Both the position numbers and the translations under genes were made by a program. A stretch of DNA of 64,000 bases, taken from a virus. The stretch lies in IMG/VR virus record IMGVR_UViG_3300025705_000581; one strand, given 5' to 3'. Shown piece by piece: positions 55,822-64,000 of the stretch. A model generated the notes under the pieces. That model worked only from the letters and a program-made list of their open reading frames with translations. It did not search any database and was not told the origin of the DNA. The first letter of the stretch is position 1, and every line of letters starts with the position of its first letter.

Positions 55822-56313
55822 TTGAGTAAAGATACCAACTGGGAAACAGATATCGCCCTAATTAAATCTGATATCAGACAGATTCAGAAATTCTTTACCA
55901 GAGTTGAAGACTCAATGGATATGATGGTTGACCTATCCAAAAATGTTGCTGTTCAGTCTGAGGTATTAGAGTATACAAAAGAGAAACTTACCGAAGTTGA
56001 AAAATTATGTGAAGACACAAGGCGTACTGATGAATTACGTTTAACTGTTTTGAGTGACCGCCTTGAAGAATACCGAAGATCAAGCAAAGAGGATCACCAA
56101 AAATTGGCAGACCATAACGCAAATAAACGGCACAATGCCAATAAAGAAATATTGGATAGACTTGATTCTATGGAGCGGTCGATACATCAACGTATTAACG
56201 AGCAACAGAAAAAGATTAACAACCTTGAGAACTGGCGTTATTATATGATGGGTGTTGGTGCCGTCGTAGTAGTTCTATTAGCAAGAGTAAATTGGCCAGA
56301 ATTATTTGGTTGA
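55822..56313 (+). CDS. coiled-coil protein with C-terminal TM (possible holin/hemolysin-like)
   Basis: LENWRYYMMGVGAVVVVLL tail. Confidence 0.6.
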   Translation: MSKDTNWETDIALIKSDIRQIQKFFTRVEDSMDMMVDLSKNVAVQSEVLEYTKEKLTEVEKLCEDTRRTDELRLTVLSDRLEEYRRSSKEDHQKLADHNANKRHNANKEILDRLDSMERSIHQRINEQQKKINNLENWRYYMMGVGAVVVVLLARVNWPELFG

Positions 56314-56370
56314 CAAACCTTTAGATCTGTAATATTATAGATTTATACATTAACAATTGAGCTTTATATT

Positions 56371-57387
56371 ATGGTTGACTTTACCGAGCTGAAGTATGCC
56401 CAGATGTTGTCTGGCCGACTCGAAAACTTCAGAATACGCAACACCAATCCCTACAAAATCAACTTTCGTTGTCCCATATGCGGAGACAGTCAAAAGTCAC
56501 GTTCAAAATCACGTGGGTGGTTACTCGAGTCAAAAAATACCTTTCACTTCTATTGCCATAACTGTGCTTCAAGCCAAAGCTTTTCATTCTTTTTGAAAGG
56601 TCAGGATCAAGTATTGTATAATGACTATGTAGCTGAAAAGTTTGTTGCGAATACTCATTCAAAATCTACTAAGGATGATGATAATACCGAACAGTTTAAA
56701 ACTAAGGCACCAACCTTTAATAAGACTAACCCATTATCAAAGATTAAAAAGGTTAGTCAACTAAAGTTCGACCACCCAGTCAAAAAATATATACAGCAAC
56801 GGCAAATACCACCTCACCAACATTATCGTTTGTATTATGCTCCTAAGTTTAAAACATGGATTAATAGTGTAATACCAAACAAGTTTGAAAATGTTGGTAA
56901 AGATGAGCCGCGCCTAATCATACCTTTTCTTGATGAGAACGGTAAATGTTTTGGTGTATCAGCTCGTGGGTTTAGTGATTACGGAATGCGTTATATAACT
57001 ATTATGTTTGAGGACCGACCTAAGATATTTGGCCTTGACAAAGTAGACTTCAATGATGTATATTATATTACAGAAGGTGCAATTGATTCTTTCTTTTTAC
57101 AGAATGCTGTAGCAATGGCAGGCGCCGAAGGTAATACAAAAGGTGTTGAGAACACTGATAATGCCGTGTTTGTTTTTGATGCTGAACCACGTAATAAAGA
57201 AATACATAAACGTATGGAAAAGGTAATTGAGGCAGGTCTTGGCATTTGTATTTGGCCAAGTAATTTGCCAGGTAAAGACATTAATGAAATGGTGCTTGAA
57301 GGTATAAATGCCGAAAAGGTAATCGAAGAAAACACATATAGAGGCTTAACTGCAAAATTAAAATTTGCTGATTGGCGTAAAACATAG
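56371..57387 (+). CDS. gp61: DNA primase gp61
   Basis: CPICGDS...YCHNC zinc finger, ITEGAIDS, FDAEPRN, KDINEM. Confidence 0.95.
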   Translation: MVDFTELKYAQMLSGRLENFRIRNTNPYKINFRCPICGDSQKSRSKSRGWLLESKNTFHFYCHNCASSQSFSFFLKGQDQVLYNDYVAEKFVANTHSKSTKDDDNTEQFKTKAPTFNKTNPLSKIKKVSQLKFDHPVKKYIQQRQIPPHQHYRLYYAPKFKTWINSVIPNKFENVGKDEPRLIIPFLDENGKCFGVSARGFSDYGMRYITIMFEDRPKIFGLDKVDFNDVYYITEGAIDSFFLQNAVAMAGAEGNTKGVENTDNAVFVFDAEPRNKEIHKRMEKVIEAGLGICIWPSNLPGKDINEMVLEGINAEKVIEENTYRGLTAKLKFADWRKT

Positions 57388-57397
57388 AGGAACTAAA

Positions 57398-58066
57398 ATG
57401 AAAACCAGACTTATTGGATATACTCAACCTGTAGACGGTGAAATCATTGGACTTGATAATGTTCAGGATTTGATTGCATACTGTGCTCGAGTATCAAACC
57501 CGAGTAATCAATTGAACCAAGAAACGGCACCTAAGTTGCTATCCTATCTTGCAAAGCATGCTCATTGGTCACCATTTGAAATGGCAAATGCGACATTGGA
57601 AATTGAAACAACACGGGATATTGCACGTCAGATGTTACGTCACCGTTCGTTTGCCTTTCAAGAATTCAGCCAACGATATGCCGATCCAAGAGATATGGAA
57701 AACACTTTTGTAATGCGTGAAGCACGTCTACAGGATCTCAAAAACCGTCAGAACAGCATTGACTCAGATGATGAACGGTTGCAAATGATGTGGGAATCAA
57801 AACAAGGTGAAGTTATCCGTGCTGCAAAGGATGCATACAATTGGGCCATTGAAAATGGTATTGCAAAAGAACAAGCACGTGCCGTATTGCCTGAAGGTAA
57901 TACAATTTCTCGGCTGTATATGCAAGGTTCTATTCGGTCTTGGATCCATTATATTGAACTTCGTTCAGCTAATGGCACACAAAAAGAACACATGGAAATT
58001 GCTCGTGAAGTTGCCTCCGCTATATCCAAAATATTTCCTGTGATTGATACTTATGTCCAAAAATAA
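57398..58066 (+). CDS. thyX: flavin-dependent thymidylate synthase
   Basis: HWSPFE, RHRSFAFQEFSQRY, AKEQARAVLP. Confidence 0.95.
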   Translation: MKTRLIGYTQPVDGEIIGLDNVQDLIAYCARVSNPSNQLNQETAPKLLSYLAKHAHWSPFEMANATLEIETTRDIARQMLRHRSFAFQEFSQRYADPRDMENTFVMREARLQDLKNRQNSIDSDDERLQMMWESKQGEVIRAAKDAYNWAIENGIAKEQARAVLPEGNTISRLYMQGSIRSWIHYIELRSANGTQKEHMEIAREVASAISKIFPVIDTYVQK

Positions 58067-58216
58067 ATATTTTTATATGCCAGAAACGGTTTCTAGAATA
58101 ATAAATATGAGTACCATGGCAATCTATGGTAAGAATAATCCCTATTAGCACAAAATATGCCACATCCTCAAGGTGCGGTTTTTCTGTCCTTAACACATAC
58201 GAAAGAGGTTTACCGA

Positions 58217-59491
58217 ATGTTTGACTCCCCAGCACTACCTATAGATAAAGTAAATTACGTTATTAAACGTGACGGATCAACAAAGAATTTTGATTCAAGT
58301 AAGATTGCATATGCGGTAAATAATGCTATGAAAGCAATTGGTATTCGAGCAAAATCCTTACCTGGTGAGATTGCATTTGAAGTTACAAAAAGTATTAACG
58401 AAGATGCTGAGGATGTTATTGTTGATGTTGATACAGTACACAAAACAGTTGAGAACGTGATGATGGATATGGGATTACACGACTTGGCTCGTGAGTATAT
58501 CCTTTTTCGTTTTAACAACCAACCCGACATTTTCCGTAAACGTACAAACCTTAAACCATATGAGTATCCGCAACTCGTTGAGTATACTGATGCTATTCGA
58601 CATTCATATTGGGTACACACCGAGTTTAATTACTCGTCTGATATCCAGGATATGAAAGTGCGTATGACTGAGTCTGAGGTTGATATTGTTAAAAAAGCAA
58701 TGCTTGCTATTTCACAAATTGAGGTACAGGTAAAAACATTTTGGGCAAAGATTGGTGATAAATTTCCTAAGCCTGAAGTACAAGGTGTTGGTGTAACATT
58801 CGGTGAATCGGAAGTACGCCATGCCGATGCCTATTCTAATCTCATTGAAATTATGGGTCTCAATAATGAGTTTGAAAAGGTTGTAGAAATTCCTGCAATG
58901 AAAAAACGCATTGCCTATCTTGAGCAATCAATTGCAGCACCTGTTGATAATAAGGATTATTTCCACAAGATTATTCTATTTTCAATGTTTGTTGAAAACG
59001 TATCACTGTTTTCACAATTTCTAATTATGATGGCGTTTAATAAACATAAAAATTTACTTAAAGGTATTTCTAATGCTGTTGAGGCAACATCAAAAGAAGA
59101 AGATATCCATGCTCGTTTCGGATTTGAGCTTGTAAACATTATCCGTGAAGAAAATCCTGATTGGTTTGACAAAGATAGTATTGCTGAAGTCAACCGCCTA
59201 TGCCGTGACGCATTTAAAGCAGAGTCTGCAATTGTTGATTGGATCTACGGTGATGCCGATCTCGATTTTCTACCTAAAGCGACTGTCAAAGAATTCCTAA
59301 AGCATCGTTTCAATCAATCATTAAAGGCAATTGATATGAAGCCTTTGTATGATGTTGACGAGGAAGCCGTAAAGAGTACTGATTGGTTTGTTGAAGAAAT
59401 TTTGAGTACAAAGAATATTGACTTCTTTGTTAAACGCTCAACTGCATATTCAAAGAAAACCAAGGCATTCACCGAAGATGATTTATTTTAA
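58217..59491 (+). CDS. nrdB: ribonucleotide reductase small subunit with N-terminal ATP-cone
   Basis: VIKRDGS...FDSSKI ATP-cone; QIEVQVKTFW, ESEVRHADAY, ENVSLFSQF, EEDIH. Confidence 0.92.
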   Translation: MFDSPALPIDKVNYVIKRDGSTKNFDSSKIAYAVNNAMKAIGIRAKSLPGEIAFEVTKSINEDAEDVIVDVDTVHKTVENVMMDMGLHDLAREYILFRFNNQPDIFRKRTNLKPYEYPQLVEYTDAIRHSYWVHTEFNYSSDIQDMKVRMTESEVDIVKKAMLAISQIEVQVKTFWAKIGDKFPKPEVQGVGVTFGESEVRHADAYSNLIEIMGLNNEFEKVVEIPAMKKRIAYLEQSIAAPVDNKDYFHKIILFSMFVENVSLFSQFLIMMAFNKHKNLLKGISNAVEATSKEEDIHARFGFELVNIIREENPDWFDKDSIAEVNRLCRDAFKAESAIVDWIYGDADLDFLPKATVKEFLKHRFNQSLKAIDMKPLYDVDEEAVKSTDWFVEEILSTKNIDFFVKRSTAYSKKTKAFTEDDLF

Positions 59492-59503
59492 AAGGAAAAC
59501 ACT

Positions 59504-61159
59504 ATGAGAGATTTTTATTGGCTAAACGAAGACTCAAAGACATTTTTGTCGAGAGGTTATTTGAGTAAAGGTGAAACAGCTAAGCAACGAATTAGAGATA
59601 TTGCTGATAAAGCTGAAGAGTATTTAGATATCAAAGGATTTGGTGACAAGTTTTATGGATATATGAGTAAAGGTTATTATTCATTGGCGTCACCTGTATG
59701 GGCAAACTATGGCAAAGAACGTGGTTTGCCTGTATCTTGTTTTGGATCATATATTGATGATAGTATGCAGTCAATTCTATTTGGGCATGCTGAAAACGGA
59801 ATGCTAATGAAAAACGGTGGTGGCACATCAGGTTACTTTGGTGCTGTCCGTGGACGAGGTGCTGAAATCACAGATCAAGGTGAGTCGTCAGGTTCGGTAC
59901 ATTTTATGCAGATGTATGATACGTTAGCATCAGTTGTATCACAAGGTTCTGTCCGTCGTGGTTTCTTTGCAGCGTATCAAGATATTGAACACCCAGATGC
60001 CGATGAGTTCCTTGACATTGCAACAGAAGGTAATCCTATTCAAGGATTAACAACAGGCATTACTGTTTCCGATAAGTTCATTAAAGAAATGAAAGATGGT
60101 GATCCACAGAAACGTGCATTGTGGGCAAAAGTTTTACAGCGCCGTTCTGAAGTTGGTTTTCCATATATTCTGTATTCTGATAATGTAAACAATGGCCGTC
60201 CTGATGTTTATAAAGATAAGGATATGAGAGTACACGCATCTAATATGTGTGCTGAAATTGCATTGCCGTCAAGCGCCGAAGAAACATTTACTTGTGTTCT
60301 ATCATCACTAAATCTATTGCATTGGGATGAGATTAAAGAAACCGACGCAATTGAAACTTTGGTTATGTTCCTTGATACTGTATGTCAAGAATTCATTAAT
60401 AAGACTGAAGGTCAAATTTATATGAAACGTGCTCGTGACTTCGCTATGAACCATCGGGCATTAGGTGCAGGTGTACTAGGTTGGCATTCCTATTTGCAAT
60501 CAAAGATGATTGGTTTTGAATCAAAAGAAGCAGCACAGCTCAATGTTGAAATTGCTAAAACATTCCATGATAGATCATATGCGGCATCTGCTGAACTTGC
60601 GGATAAACTTGGTGAACCGCCTTTGCTAAAAGGTTATGGCCGTCGCAATACAACAACAATGGCAGTTGCTCCGACTAAATCATCAAGCTTTATTTTAGGT
60701 CAAGTGTCACAATCAATTGAACCTGAGTTCAGTAACTGTTATGTTAAAGACTTGGCAAAAATGAAAGTGACAATCAAGAACCCATATCTCTGGAAACTGT
60801 TAAAGAAAAAAGATCAGGATAAACCAGAGGTTTGGGAATCAATTCGCAATGCTGATGGATCAGTACAACATTTGATCTTTTTGTCTGAGGAAGAAAAAGA
60901 AGTATTCAAAACATTCTCAGAAATCAATCCATACACAATTATTGACCAGGCTGCTATTCGTCAACAGTATATTGACCAATCACAAAGTTTAAACTTGATG
61001 CTTGATCCTGACCTGTCAGTTAAAGAAATCAATGCGTTGTACCTATATGCTCATGAGATGGGTGTTAAAAGTTTGTATTATAGTTATTCTATGTCAGCAG
61101 CACAATCATTAACACGAAAACGAGTTTCATCAATGGAGTGCGCAGCCTGCGAAGCATAA
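59504..61159 (+). CDS. nrdA: ribonucleotide reductase large subunit (short, no ATP-cone)
   Basis: PVSCF, SNMCAEI, AVAPTKSS, KSLYY, C-terminal CAACEA. Confidence 0.95.
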   Translation: MRDFYWLNEDSKTFLSRGYLSKGETAKQRIRDIADKAEEYLDIKGFGDKFYGYMSKGYYSLASPVWANYGKERGLPVSCFGSYIDDSMQSILFGHAENGMLMKNGGGTSGYFGAVRGRGAEITDQGESSGSVHFMQMYDTLASVVSQGSVRRGFFAAYQDIEHPDADEFLDIATEGNPIQGLTTGITVSDKFIKEMKDGDPQKRALWAKVLQRRSEVGFPYILYSDNVNNGRPDVYKDKDMRVHASNMCAEIALPSSAEETFTCVLSSLNLLHWDEIKETDAIETLVMFLDTVCQEFINKTEGQIYMKRARDFAMNHRALGAGVLGWHSYLQSKMIGFESKEAAQLNVEIAKTFHDRSYAASAELADKLGEPPLLKGYGRRNTTTMAVAPTKSSSFILGQVSQSIEPEFSNCYVKDLAKMKVTIKNPYLWKLLKKKDQDKPEVWESIRNADGSVQHLIFLSEEEKEVFKTFSEINPYTIIDQAAIRQQYIDQSQSLNLMLDPDLSVKEINALYLYAHEMGVKSLYYSYSMSAAQSLTRKRVSSMECAACEA

Positions 61160-61162
61160 ATT

Positions 61163-62368
61163 ATGGAATATATGAAATTTTTTAAAGACACGGTTGCATC
61201 ATTTAGAAGTGACGGGAGATATCGAGTATTTAATGATATTATCCGCGAAAAAGGTCAGTTTCCTAAGGCTATATGGTATGGGAAATATGCACCAAAGAAT
61301 ATTGTTAATTGGTGCTCAAATGATTATTTGGGTATGGGCCAAAACCAATATGTCATAGATGCTATGCACACTGCATTAGATCAAACAGGTTCAGGTTCCG
61401 GCGGTACGAGAAATATCGGCGGAACATCAGTTTTCCATGTAACACTTGAACGTGAAATTGCAACACTACACCAACGTGAAAACGCATTACTGTTTAGTAG
61501 TGCATACGTTGCCAATGAGTGGTCAATTATTGCGCTTGCACGTATCATCCCAAACATTTGTTTTATATCTGATAATAAAAACCACGCATCAATCATTATG
61601 GGAGTGAAGCACAGCCGTGCACCTAAACTGATTTTTCAACATAATGATATGGCAGATCTTGAGAAATGTTTAAAGGCAGCAAAAAAGAATAAACAAATTC
61701 CTTGCGTATTGTTTGAGTCCGTATATTCAATGGACGGTGATGTTGCACCTATTAAAGAAATCGTTGAGTTATCGCATAAATATAACGCAATGACTTATAT
61801 AGATGAAGTCCATGCGGTTGGTTTGTATGGTCCTACAGGTGCAGGTTATTGTGAACATTTAAATTTATATTCCGATGATATTGATATTATCAACGGCACG
61901 TTAGGAAAAGCATATGGGGTTCAAGGCGGTTATATTTCAGGTAAGCAAGAAGTTATTGATGCGATTAGATCAGTCGCCTCAGGATTTATCTTCACCACCT
62001 CTATGTCACCTGTTATATGCGCTGGGGCACTCGCCAGTATAAAATATCTCAAAGACCATTCTATTCTAAGAGATCAACAACAAGAACGAGTAAAAAAACT
62101 CAGACAAATGTTAGAAGAAGCAGGATTGAATATACATCCTAACGCTTGTACTCACATTATCCCAGTAATGATTAATGATGCCTTTAAATGTAAAGAAGCA
62201 TCGGATAGATTACTAAACGAATTCGGTATATATATTCAACCGATTAATTCACCAACAGTAGAGGCAGGTACCGAAAGGTTACGTATTGCTCCTACACCAT
62301 ACCATACCGATTTAATGATGGTGGAATTAGTCGAAGCATTAAAGACGGTGTTAAATGAATCAACTTGA
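61163..62368 (+). CDS. hemA: 5-aminolevulinate synthase (C4/Shemin pathway)
   Basis: [50 protein letters not shown]. Confidence 0.92.
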   Translation: MEYMKFFKDTVASFRSDGRYRVFNDIIREKGQFPKAIWYGKYAPKNIVNWCSNDYLGMGQNQYVIDAMHTALDQTGSGSGGTRNIGGTSVFHVTLEREIATLHQRENALLFSSAYVANEWSIIALARIIPNICFISDNKNHASIIMGVKHSRAPKLIFQHNDMADLEKCLKAAKKNKQIPCVLFESVYSMDGDVAPIKEIVELSHKYNAMTYIDEVHAVGLYGPTGAGYCEHLNLYSDDIDIINGTLGKAYGVQGGYISGKQEVIDAIRSVASGFIFTTSMSPVICAGALASIKYLKDHSILRDQQQERVKKLRQMLEEAGLNIHPNACTHIIPVMINDAFKCKEASDRLLNEFGIYIQPINSPTVEAGTERLRIAPTPYHTDLMMVELVEALKTVLNEST

Positions 62369-62405
62369 GAACGCATTCTTTAATCGCAAGAAAGAGAGTA
62401 ATAAT

Positions 62406-62825
62406 ATGAGTAAAATTAAAAAGGCCTTTTGGTTTGTATTAGGTATCCTCTTGGTAGGTGTTGCCTATCTTGGTGTACTACTGCCCGGTCTACCTTGGTC
62501 AACACCAATTCTAGGTGCAACATTCTGTTTTGCCAAATCAAGTGACAGACTGCATAATTGGATTATGAATCATCCACGGTTCGGTCCATTTGTTAAAAAC
62601 TGGTCAAGACTAAGAGTATATCCACAGAAAGCAAAATATCTAATGGTTGCAGTTATGTCAACATCATTAGGATTTATGTTCTTTGGAACAGGAAACGTAA
62701 AGGCTACAATTTACATGGCTATCACGTTTGCATTAATTGTTATTTGGGCATGGCGTTATCCAGGTACCAAAGCAGAAGCAGAACGCCGCATTGAAGCAGG
62801 CGAAAAGATTGGGTGGTTAAAATGA
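62406..62825 (+). CDS. YbaN/DUF454 inner-membrane protein
   Basis: GVLLPGLPWSTP...FCFAKSSDRLHNW..NHPRFGP. Confidence 0.88.
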   Translation: MSKIKKAFWFVLGILLVGVAYLGVLLPGLPWSTPILGATFCFAKSSDRLHNWIMNHPRFGPFVKNWSRLRVYPQKAKYLMVAVMSTSLGFMFFGTGNVKATIYMAITFALIVIWAWRYPGTKAEAERRIEAGEKIGWLK

Positions 62826-63766
62826 ACAAAATACTGAGTACGGTTATCGCAACCTTTGTAGCATCAAGTGCTATTGCGGGTGGACACGAACAGGCCGAAG
62901 TAAAAGACGGTCCGTTCCTTAACGGTACATTTGAAATCTATATTGATGATACAAATACAGAAGGTACAGTCGATACAAGATTAGAAGCAATGGGTGGATA
63001 CGAAACAGATCTTGACCATCCTATTGCAAATTGGGCTGGTTTCAGTGCAAGGTTTGATACAAACTATTCTTTGAATAGAGCTCTTGATAATACAATTACT
63101 GAAAAGCAAATGGGTGTTGGTATTGGCAACAATATCAGATTATATTTCGGTGAAACAGATGCACAGCGTTTAGGTTTTGCCAAGACATCAAAAATTGGTG
63201 CACCTGTTATTATTACCAAACCAAGCTCACGTATTGACCATAATGAAAAACTTGTTCTTACATTTGGTGGTTGGGAAAACAATGATGAGTTTGAATTTAA
63301 TACATATCGTTTAAAGCGTGATATGCCATATGGCGGTGTTGTTGGATGGAACCCTGAAGATGACTCATTATATTATGGTGCAACTGCTCGAGTAAGTATT
63401 CTTGATGTTTCATATATGGGTATTCAAAAAGATGATGAAACACAACATGGTGTTTCTGCAGGCACGTCATTCCATCGCATGGGTGTTCCTGTAGGCCTTG
63501 GAATTGAAAGATGGGAAGATGCCGAAAATACTCGTATGGACTACGGTGTGATGTATAATTACAGTAAAGAATTGATGTTTACTGCTCACCATGTTGCTGA
63601 TGATGATTTAGGATTTACTTATAATTATTTAGCAGCCATTCATACAAAAGGTCCCGTTGAATTAGGACTATACCTACATCAAGGAAAAGAACAAGTTAGT
63701 CCTTGGACTGGTGTAAAATCAGAAATTGCTGATAGTGTAAAGGCAACAATTAAATATAAATTCTGA
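62822..63766 (+). CDS. porin-like outer-membrane beta-barrel protein
   Basis: Signal MNKILSTVIATFVASSAIA; C-terminal ATIKYKF. Confidence 0.7.
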   Translation: MNKILSTVIATFVASSAIAGGHEQAEVKDGPFLNGTFEIYIDDTNTEGTVDTRLEAMGGYETDLDHPIANWAGFSARFDTNYSLNRALDNTITEKQMGVGIGNNIRLYFGETDAQRLGFAKTSKIGAPVIITKPSSRIDHNEKLVLTFGGWENNDEFEFNTYRLKRDMPYGGVVGWNPEDDSLYYGATARVSILDVSYMGIQKDDETQHGVSAGTSFHRMGVPVGLGIERWEDAENTRMDYGVMYNYSKELMFTAHHVADDDLGFTYNYLAAIHTKGPVELGLYLHQGKEQVSPWTGVKSEIADSVKATIKYKF

Positions 63767-63843
63767 TTATAAATATAATTAATATGACAACCACCTCTGA
63801 TCCACGTGGTTGTTTTACACTATGAATTGATGAAAGGTATATC

Positions 63844-64000
63844 ATGGCAAAACGTATTCTGATTACTGGTGGCGGTGGCTTCATTGCCCACCATTTAATT
63901 AACCAAGTTCTTATCCGTACAGATTGGGAAATTGTAACACTTGATCGTTTAGATTATAGTGGAAATCTCAATCGCTTACACGATTTGCTGCAGGTTCGTA
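63844..64000 (+). CDS. NAD-dependent epimerase/dehydratase (RmlB-like), truncated by the window end
   Basis: LITGGGGFIAHH...LDRLDYSGN; late promoter at 63768-63775. Confidence 0.85.
   Translation, partial: MAKRILITGGGGFIAHHLINQVLIRTDWEIVTLDRLDYSGNLNRLHDLLQVR

Noticed and set aside
1-64000. Window as a bacterial chromosome or prophage
   Set aside because: It shows continuous T4 core genes, gp55 late promoters, no integrase and no housekeeping operons.

Overview
A 64-kb, AT-rich, gene-dense segment of a large T4-like (Tevenvirinae/Kyanoviridae-style) myophage. It holds the core replication and recombination genes (topo II gp39+60 and gp52, gp3, uvsY, uvsW, gp55, gp47, gp46, gp43, gp33, gp59, gp32, uvsX, gp41, gp61, thyX, nrdB/nrdA), two tRNAs and a lysis cassette (GH19 endolysin, overlapping spanins). 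The host is most likely a marine alphaproteobacterium: the phage carries a circularly permuted two-piece tmRNA, a C4-pathway ALA synthase, a DUF1127 protein, Roseobacter-style porins and GANTC-containing early promoters. The most notable accessory systems are: (1) the permuted tmRNA (tag ANDNYKPSGFALAA) with an unusually long, structured intervening segment; (2) a late cluster of proteins sharing a T4 capsid-targeting-like N-terminus (MKSFKQYISE), fused to an ADP-ribosyltransferase, a (p)ppGpp-hydrolase-type HD domain, a ligase-like KxDG protein and a nuclease-like protein, suggesting a packaged and injected effector set; (3) both ends of heme metabolism (ALAS, heme oxygenase, bilin reductase, YbaN); (4) a phosphate-transporter-like gene behind a Pho-box-like repeat and twin hairpins; (5) a CHASE2 adenylate cyclase with a Cys-rich micro-protein and lipase, near curlin-like and autotransporter genes; (6) glycan, sulfation and methylation cassettes; (7) a coupled DUF1127 micro-protein cascade. 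All family calls come from motif recognition by eye; no database search was run.
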